Positions 9,282-15,190 of a stretch of DNA of 15,190 bases are shown here, piece after piece (position 1 is the first letter of the stretch; each line of letters begins with the position of its first letter). The notes beneath the pieces were generated by a model. It searched no databases. It was not told where the DNA came from and saw only the letters and a program-made list of their open reading frames with translations. The DNA is taken from contig JBDRBN010000040.1 in the NCBI GenBank assembly GCA_043822785.1, positions 1 to 15,190 of the forward strand, written 5' to 3'. The position numbers and the translations under genes are program-made. Source of the stretch: Pseudomonadota bacterium (GTDB taxonomy: Bacteria > UBA10199 > 2-02-FULL-44-16 > JAAZCA01).

Positions 9282-9327
9282 GGCCCGAGTGAGTCATCGG
9301 CTAAGCCGATGCGAGCGAACGAGAGCC
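9282..9327. repeat. REP-like palindromic element in the tRNA leader
   Basis: Inner hairpin CATCGGC-taa-GCCGATG (9295-9311) flanked by ggcccgagtgag and gcgagcgaacgagagcc. Confidence 0.5.
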
Positions 9328-9330
9328 GGC

Positions 9331-9360
9331 AACCTATTCCAGAAGCTTGCGTTCTGTCAA
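9331..9360 (-). promoter_or_regulatory. Putative sigma-70 promoter for tRNA-Arg
   Basis: Minus strand TTGACA-N18-TAGGTT. Confidence 0.55.
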
Positions 9361-9475
9361 GCATGCCTATCGCCTTGAAATTATAGCGTAGTTTCAAGCC
9401 TTCTCATTTGCCGCAAAGCAGCAAAAATTCTGCTTGCGCGGGTAGGCGTTTTGGTCTTATGATTGCTGCGCTGCT

Positions 9476-10303
9476 ATGGGAAAGATAAGACCATTCTTTA
9501 CCAGGGATGTCCAGGGCGGCTCAAAAAGCCCCCTCCCAATTGAATCGTATTCATCAAAGCCATACCCCTTTACATCAGCCTCAACCTATATACCTCCAGA
9601 AGCCAACGAGATTAAATCAAACCAAGAGTTTTCAGCGCACCGAAGTGGCATTTGGAATTCTATCTTGCTTCGATTTGGAGGTTTTCATGCAAATCTAAAA
9701 GCATTGGCAGAGCCTTTAAACAGCATTCAAAATCCTGAGCTGATCAGAAGATACTTTCATAACAGGCTTAAAGAAATAGCAGGTGTTGCATCAAAAAACC
9801 CTTCTTCCGCACATCAGGTCATTGCATCCAAACTTAAAAACACAGCCCCCATCTGGAAGCATCTCGTGCTCATTGCATGCGGCGACGGCAATTCGCTTGC
9901 TCCTGCAATGACCGCAATAGAAGAAGGCTCTTTTACAAATGATTTGGCGTTGGCTGATTGCATTACATGCGTGGCAAAACTAAAGCCGCAGGAAGGAAGG
10001 CTTTTGGCATGCCACGCAGTCTCACGTATCGATACTAAAGCGCAAATCCACATGCTTGGATCTCTTGTAGAAGGCGGATCTGCTGGTTCAACGCGCTTGG
10101 TGGGCGATCTTTTTGTAAAGATCATGGAAGGATCCACAGCTACTGAACGCGAAAAAATAATATATCCGGCGATTCGCAAGATCGTTACTGCAGATCCTGC
10201 AAACAAATCCTCGCGCAGAGGATTTTTAGCCGCTGTATTTCGGGGATGGCTCTCCGAATGCCCACAAGAAGAAGTCGCAAAGTCCTACCTCAAATTAACT
10301 TAA
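9476..10303 (+). CDS. Hypothetical protein, 275 aa; Ser/Pro-rich N-terminus and alpha-helical body
   Basis: Long ORF filling the gap, no recognisable motif. TTGCGC-N18-TATGAT (9434-9463) lies just upstream and there is no SD. Confidence 0.75.
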   Translation: MGKIRPFFTRDVQGGSKSPLPIESYSSKPYPFTSASTYIPPEANEIKSNQEFSAHRSGIWNSILLRFGGFHANLKALAEPLNSIQNPELIRRYFHNRLKEIAGVASKNPSSAHQVIASKLKNTAPIWKHLVLIACGDGNSLAPAMTAIEEGSFTNDLALADCITCVAKLKPQEGRLLACHAVSRIDTKAQIHMLGSLVEGGSAGSTRLVGDLFVKIMEGSTATEREKIIYPAIRKIVTADPANKSSRRGFLAAVFRGWLSECPQEEVAKSYLKLT

Positions 10304-10305
10304 AT

Positions 10306-10380
10306 TGTCATTGCGAGCGAAAGCGAAGCAATCCCCGTGTATTAGGAGATTGCTTCGTCACTTCGCTCCTCGCAATGACA
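10306..10380. repeat. Palindromic REP/MITE-like element, copy 1
   Basis: 12-bp terminal IR TGTCATTGCGAG / CTCGCAATGACA and inner IR CGAAGCAATC / GATTGCTTCG, between convergent genes. Confidence 0.92.
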
Positions 10381-10388
10381 GATCGCGC

Positions 10389-11405
10389 TTATATCTTAAA
10401 CACCCCATTCTCCATGATCATCTTGCCATCCACTATGATCGTTGGCTTAAGCAGCACTCCGTCATTGTGTGCCTTGCTCTTCCACGTAGCTCCGGTCTTA
10501 TTGGGATAAGGATCTCCTAGCGCCACATGCACGCCAGGAAATTTTTCGTCTTGCAAGAGATTGCCGATTAACTTTTTAAGGCCGATGTTGGTGCCTATTC
10601 CAAACTCACCTGCGCGGTTGGAGTTCTCGTCAGTATTGAACGTGTACTTTTCAAACTCCTCCTTGAGCTTCTCGTTTTTACACTCAACACTTCCTTTTAC
10701 ACAACGACCATCCTTAAGCGTGTACTTAAGAGGCGTCGTGGAGATATCCCCGTATTTTTCTGTAAAAAAATCGCCAAGACATCCGTCAACCACCATGGTT
10801 CCATTTGCATTGACCGGCGTACCAAACACCTCTCCGTCTGGCAGGTTGCTCCAATGCCCAGCCGTAATATTTCCGTCACATATGACCCAGTTATATTTGG
10901 AATCAAAATTAAACGCGGCGTTTGTGCCGGCAGCAGTTGTCACCTTTATCTCTTTAGTTTTTGATACGGTGTCATAGACCTTCTTAGAGATCTCCTGAAT
11001 CTTTGCATAATCAGCAGACATGCCTTGGCTCATCATAACCTCTGTGAAGCCTGGCATGTGGCCATGCCTTAGACCATGCTTGTCAGCAATATCAGTCATT
11101 GGCCTTCTGAACGAAGGCAGTTCGCCGGGCTTTCCCTGAGCGATATAGAAACTCACCTGAGCAGTCTTCATGGTCTCTGCAATCTTCTCGGGAAACGGCA
11201 GCGGATTTGTGCCATCTTTGGAGCGCTTGCCAAAATCCTCCATGACAAATTTCTCTACTTGTGCGCCCACGTTTATAGCTTGCTTTACTAGGGCGTCGGC
11301 CAGCTTTTCAGTTTCAAGATCAGTAATGACTACAACTTTTTCGCCATTTTGAACTTTGAGACAGTTTACGACCGCTTGTTTTGCGCCAAACTCGATAGGA
11401 TCCAT
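10389..11405 (-). CDS. Aminopeptidase, peptidase M29 (thermophilic metalloprotease / AmpS-like)
   Basis: NLPDGEVF, GEFGIGTN, GNLLQDEKFPGVHVALG, HND motifs. Start placed at ATG 11405 after a GGAGG SD. Confidence 0.92.
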   Translation of the reverse strand: MDPIEFGAKQAVVNCLKVQNGEKVVVITDLETEKLADALVKQAINVGAQVEKFVMEDFGKRSKDGTNPLPFPEKIAETMKTAQVSFYIAQGKPGELPSFRRPMTDIADKHGLRHGHMPGFTEVMMSQGMSADYAKIQEISKKVYDTVSKTKEIKVTTAAGTNAAFNFDSKYNWVICDGNITAGHWSNLPDGEVFGTPVNANGTMVVDGCLGDFFTEKYGDISTTPLKYTLKDGRCVKGSVECKNEKLKEEFEKYTFNTDENSNRAGEFGIGTNIGLKKLIGNLLQDEKFPGVHVALGDPYPNKTGATWKSKAHNDGVLLKPTIIVDGKMIMENGVFKI

Positions 11406-11432
11406 AATTTCCTCCATGTGTTTAGTATCGGA

Positions 11433-13466
11433 TTATGCTTCTTTCTTGGCCCGCTTTGCATCCACATACACATAAATGCAAAGAGCTGCGAGCATGATAA
11501 GGCCCAGCCAGTTGCCGAACACGCCTTCGTTGGCAAAGTCTGGCAGAATGTGGATGTCCTTTTCAGATTCAATCCACTTTATAACTGCACCCAATACGCC
11601 CATGAGCGCACCACCGGCGATAAAACCGGATGCGATCAGCGTCCCGCGTTCGCGGCGCGATCTGCCCATTGCTTCATCCCTGCCTGCGCTCTTTACTACA
11701 AAGTGTGCAACCAAGGCGCCGATAAGAATTGGCAGGTTAAGCGATAGTGGTATGTACATACCAAGGGCAAACGCCAGCGGCGCAATGCCCAGCATCTCCA
11801 TGAGAATCGCAATCACAGCGCCTATGCCATAGAAGAGCCATGGCGCGCTTTTAGCTGCCATGATGCCCTTGATAACCGCAGCCATTGCATTGGCCTGCGG
11901 AGCAGGCAAAGGCCTTGGATGCTCCGGGCTTGGAGTAAAGCCATAGACCTTGTTGAGCATGATGATGACAAAAGCCACAGTGATCGCCGCAAACAGTGTT
12001 CCCAGAATTTTACACCACTGCTGACGCGAAGGCGTAGAGCCGATCCAATAACCTACCTTGAGATCGGTGATGAGCCCGCCTGCCATAGCAAGCGATGTGC
12101 AGACCATGCCGCCAATGAGAAGCGCTGCCATCATGCCCTGCGGGCCTGAAAGGCCACACGCCACAAGAATTAAGCAGGACAGAATTAACGTGATGAGCGT
12201 CATGCCTGACACCGGATTTATGCCCACGATGGCAATGGCGCGCGCCGCGACCGTGGTGAATAAAAACGATATTACGAAGACCACGCCAACAGCTATTAAG
12301 CTCATCATTCCAGTATTTGCCTGGCCATCGAGCACAGAGAAATTGAAAAACAACCATGTTACGACGAGGAATAATATGATGCCCAATATGACAAGTGTCA
12401 TGGGGATGTCGCGCTGGGTGCGCTCGATCGTGCGCTCTCCCACATGCTTCTTTCTTGCAGCAAAGATTTCTTTAAAACCCTTGGTAAAAGCCTGGGCAAT
12501 GATGGGGCTGGACTTGATGATGCCAATAAGGCCTGCTGCAAAAATCGCACCTATACCTATGTAGCGCACGTAGTTGGAAAAGATCTGATGTGCACTCATA
12601 GAGGAAATCAGCATATCGCCTTCTGCGGGCGGAATGGCAACCTGTATGAAGCCACCCATATAATTGATAGCTGGTATGAACACGAGCCACGAAAGAAATG
12701 ATCCGCATGCGATGATCGTGGCATATCTGAGACCTATGATGTAACCTAAGCCCAATACGGCTGCGCCAGTATTGACGGAGACAACTGCCTTTATCTTTGT
12801 AGTCAAAGGAGCAAACACATGAACCATGCCAGTTGTAAATTCTTCTGCCCATGCATGCATGGCGATTGAGAGGAAGTCGTAGACGCCGCCGATAACAGCA
12901 GCCACTGCCAACACCTTGGCCTGCCTTCCGCCCTTAGCACCTGCAACAAGAACCTCTGTTGTGGCAGTGGCCTCGGGGAACGGAAGCTTGCCGTGCATGT
13001 CGGCAACAAAGTAGCGGCGAAGCGGCACCAAAAATACCACACCCAAAATGCCGCCCAAAACAGCAGCCATAAAGAGCTGAAAGATATTTGTGTGTTTATC
13101 CAGATCAAGGATAAAAAGCGCAGGCAGCGTAAATATAGCACCAGCCACCACAAGGCCCGAGGCCGCACCAATGGATTGGATGATCACATTTTCAAGAATA
13201 GTGGATTTGCGGCGATAGAGGCTGCCCAGGCCAACTGCCAATATTGCGATGGGGATAGCAGCTTCAAACACCTGTGCGATCTTGAGACCCAAAAAAGCGG
13301 CAGCGCCTGAGAAGAGCACCGCCATTATGATGCCGACGATAACAGATCGAAAGGTAATCTCAGGAATCGACGAATCCGCAGGAACAATCGGAGTGTAAGT
13401 TTCGCCCGGCTTTAGCTCAGAATAGGCATTCTCCGGAAGCCCTGACTTGCCTGCGTGGTGCTCCAT
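11433..13466 (-). CDS. OPT-family oligopeptide transporter
   Basis: EITFRSVIVG, ENVIIQSIGAA, LPFPEATAT, DLKVGYWIGSTP, PAPQANAMA, LIASGFIAGGALMG; many TM helices. GGGGGAGG SD. Confidence 0.96.
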   Translation of the reverse strand: MEHHAGKSGLPENAYSELKPGETYTPIVPADSSIPEITFRSVIVGIIMAVLFSGAAAFLGLKIAQVFEAAIPIAILAVGLGSLYRRKSTILENVIIQSIGAASGLVVAGAIFTLPALFILDLDKHTNIFQLFMAAVLGGILGVVFLVPLRRYFVADMHGKLPFPEATATTEVLVAGAKGGRQAKVLAVAAVIGGVYDFLSIAMHAWAEEFTTGMVHVFAPLTTKIKAVVSVNTGAAVLGLGYIIGLRYATIIACGSFLSWLVFIPAINYMGGFIQVAIPPAEGDMLISSMSAHQIFSNYVRYIGIGAIFAAGLIGIIKSSPIIAQAFTKGFKEIFAARKKHVGERTIERTQRDIPMTLVILGIILFLVVTWLFFNFSVLDGQANTGMMSLIAVGVVFVISFLFTTVAARAIAIVGINPVSGMTLITLILSCLILVACGLSGPQGMMAALLIGGMVCTSLAMAGGLITDLKVGYWIGSTPSRQQWCKILGTLFAAITVAFVIIMLNKVYGFTPSPEHPRPLPAPQANAMAAVIKGIMAAKSAPWLFYGIGAVIAILMEMLGIAPLAFALGMYIPLSLNLPILIGALVAHFVVKSAGRDEAMGRSRRERGTLIASGFIAGGALMGVLGAVIKWIESEKDIHILPDFANEGVFGNWLGLIMLAALCIYVYVDAKRAKKEA

Positions 13467-13483
13467 ATCAACCTCCCCCTTTT

Positions 13484-13539
13484 CAGTGACCAGTGACCAG
13501 TGACCAGTGACCAGTGACTAGTAACCAGTGACTAGTGAC
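13484..13539. repeat. Heptamer tandem array (CAGTGAC x8, two variant units)
   Basis: cagtgac x5, tagtaac, cagtgac, tagtgac, immediately upstream of the OPT SD. Confidence 0.95.
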
Positions 13540-13645
13540 CTATTGCCTGTAAGTAAACAGTAAAGACTAAACGCTGGTCACTGATCACGAATTAAACATG
13601 ACTAATTAATCGACGTATTTTTGTCAATTAGATCACTAGTGTCCT

Positions 13646-13674
13646 TTGCCATTTTCTGCTAGCTTTTATAAAAT
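13646..13674 (+). promoter_or_regulatory. Putative sigma-70 promoter for namZ
   Basis: TTGCCA-N17-TAAAAT. Confidence 0.65.
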
Positions 13675-13694
13675 AATATGCATTCAGTTTGAAT

Positions 13695-13726
13695 GCTGGT
13701 CACTGGTTACTAGTCACTGGTCACTA
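13695..13726. repeat. Heptamer array (GTCACTG-type, about 4.5 units), inverted relative to 13484-13539
   Basis: gctg gtcactg gttacta gtcactg gtcacta, ending 3 nt before the namZ ATG. A short extra copy lies at 13573-13588. Confidence 0.92.
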
Positions 13727-13729
13727 AAT

Positions 13730-14896
13730 ATGCGATTGGGAATCGACATTCTGCTGCAAAAACATCTTGAACTGCTCAAAGGAAGACGCGTGGGGCTCCT
13801 GGCAAACGCTGCCAGCATAACAAGCAGCAATGTGCACACGCTTGATGCGCTTGCGCAGGAAAAGTCGTTTAACATTACAGCGCTCTTTGGCCCAGAACAC
13901 GGCTTTGCAACAAAGGCACAGGACATGGAAGCTGTCGAATCAAGGTGCGATGCCAAAACAACTCTTCCTGTCTATAGTCTCTACGGAAGCACACTTGATT
14001 CGCTTAAACCAACACCTGAAATGTTAAAACATATCGACGTGCTCGTGGTTGATCTGCAGGACATTGGCAGCCGGTATTACACCTATGTGTGGACTGCATC
14101 GCTGTGCATTGAAGCATGTTCTGAGGCAGGAAAATCTGTGATCGTGTGCGACAGGCCAAACCCCATTGACGGCGAGCATGTGGAGGGCGCAGGAATTGAA
14201 GAGGGTTTTGAGTCTTTTGTGGGGCTTGAATCCATTCCAAATCGCCATGGCATGACCATAGGCGAGATTGTTCAACTTGTGAACGATGACTGCGCAATAT
14301 GCGCAAATCTCAATATAATAAGGATGGAAGGGTGGAAGCGGCAGATAGCGTGGGAGGACACGGGTCTAAGCTGGATAAATCCATCGCCAAATATGCGCTC
14401 ATTTACTGCTGCCCTTGTGTATCCTGGCATGTGCCTTGTTGAAGCAACAAACATCTCTGAAGGCCGCGGCACAGACACTCCTTTTGAGATAGTGGGCGCG
14501 CCATATTTTGATTCAGAGGAATTTATCAATCAATTCGAACAGCTCGGTCTGCCAGGAGTACACGCTGCAACAACTTCGTTTATTCCCACAAGGCAGAAGT
14601 GGACCGGCAGGCTCTGCAACGGCATCAGGTGGATCGTATCTGATCCAACAAGTTTTAGACCTTACCTCACAGGCCTTGCATTCATTTGGCTGGCATATCG
14701 CCTTTATAAGAATGATGGTTTTGAGTGGCGAAAAGATCCTTATGAGTTTGTAACAGATATACCAGCAATTGATCTGCTCACAGGGTCAGATGTGTTTCGC
14801 ACCTCCATCGATGATATTTGTCTGGACGACTTGATGGAGCTTTCTGAAACTCCAAAGGAGATGCTGGAGGCTAGGCAGAAAGCACTGCTTTATTAA
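13730..14896 (+). CDS. namZ: Exo-beta-N-acetylmuramidase NamZ (DUF1343) family protein, no signal peptide
   Basis: RVGLLANAAS, ALFGPEHGF, DLQDIGSRYYTY, DRPNPI, RHGMTIGE, PSPNM, SEGRGTDTPFE. Start placed at ATG 13730, since the longer ORF translates the repeat array. Confidence 0.93.
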   Translation: MRLGIDILLQKHLELLKGRRVGLLANAASITSSNVHTLDALAQEKSFNITALFGPEHGFATKAQDMEAVESRCDAKTTLPVYSLYGSTLDSLKPTPEMLKHIDVLVVDLQDIGSRYYTYVWTASLCIEACSEAGKSVIVCDRPNPIDGEHVEGAGIEEGFESFVGLESIPNRHGMTIGEIVQLVNDDCAICANLNIIRMEGWKRQIAWEDTGLSWINPSPNMRSFTAALVYPGMCLVEATNISEGRGTDTPFEIVGAPYFDSEEFINQFEQLGLPGVHAATTSFIPTRQKWTGRLCNGIRWIVSDPTSFRPYLTGLAFIWLAYRLYKNDGFEWRKDPYEFVTDIPAIDLLTGSDVFRTSIDDICLDDLMELSETPKEMLEARQKALLY

Positions 14897-15028
14897 ATTC
14901 GAATATCGAATATCGAAATCCGAATGAATTCCAAAATTAAAAATTCAAATGTTCAAAACAAAAAGAGGAAGTTTTGAATTTTGAGTTTAGAATTTTGGAT
15001 TTGTTTAGAAATTAGGATTTTGAATTTA
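14894..15028. repeat. AT-rich imperfect palindromic element with TCGAATA-like heptamer subrepeats
   Basis: Left arm 14894-14959 (taaattcgaatatcgaatatcgaaatcc...ccaaaatt...ttcaaaac), 11-nt spacer, right arm 14971-15028 (gttttgaa...aattttgg...tttgaattta). Confidence 0.8.
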
Positions 15029-15066
15029 GCACTGTTGTTGCGTTAGAATTGCATATTTTTCATGGA

Positions 15067-15152
15067 TGTCATTGCGAGCAAAGCGAAGCAATCCCCTTAT
15101 AACCTGTGTTTGCAGGAGATTGCTTCGTCGCTAAACGCTCCTCGCAATGACA
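15067..15152. repeat. Palindromic REP/MITE-like element, copy 2
   Basis: Same terminal IR (TGTCATTGCGAG / CTCGCAATGACA) and inner IR as 10306-10380, with different loops. Confidence 0.92.
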
Positions 15153-15190
15153 CCTAGACATGAGAAAAATGAATTCTTATATTTCAACCA

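Noticed and set aside
10246..10520. ORFs 10246..10509 and 10305..10520
   Set aside because: They translate the palindromic element and run antisense to the M29 peptidase.
13484..13539. Possible CRISPR array
   Set aside because: Contiguous 7-nt units with no spacers, and no cas genes in the window.
13646..13729. N-terminal extension of NamZ in the ORF track
   Set aside because: It is translation of the promoter and heptamer array (WSLVTSHWSL); family similarity starts at MRLGID.
15027..15053. Sigma-54-like TAGCAC-N5-TTGCG
   Set aside because: It lacks the invariant GG at -24.
15160..15190. Possible CDS start MRKMNSYIST at the window edge
   Set aside because: Only 10 codons visible and no clear SD.

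Overview
Bacterial chromosomal window, probably from a Deltaproteobacteria-like lineage (inferred from the beta-barrel family, the repeat types and the GroEL style). It is mostly housekeeping and nutrient-scavenging genes. In order: left end and first 7 codons of an IS200-type tnpA (-); a small orphan behind a sigma-28-like promoter; pepA (-); a degenerate SAM-methyltransferase; a RidA-family gene; a PHM-like lipoprotein (-); CIRCE-groES-groEL; an outer-membrane beta-barrel; a small secreted SOR-like protein (-); tRNA-Arg(ACG) (-); an orphan; an M29 aminopeptidase and OPT transporter (-), divergent from NamZ/DUF1343 (+). The most unusual signals are non-coding. (i) The tRNA-Arg leader and trailer are perfectly complementary for 13 bp, extending the acceptor stem to 20 bp. 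(ii) The same (GTCACTG)n heptamer array, with a 27-nt perfect inverted match, sits in sense orientation just upstream of both divergent OPT and namZ start sites, with a third array after ridA. (iii) Several other short-period and palindromic repeat families fill many intergenic gaps. Three proteins look like enzyme folds that have lost catalytic or metal ligands. All calls come from motif recognition by eye; no searches were run.
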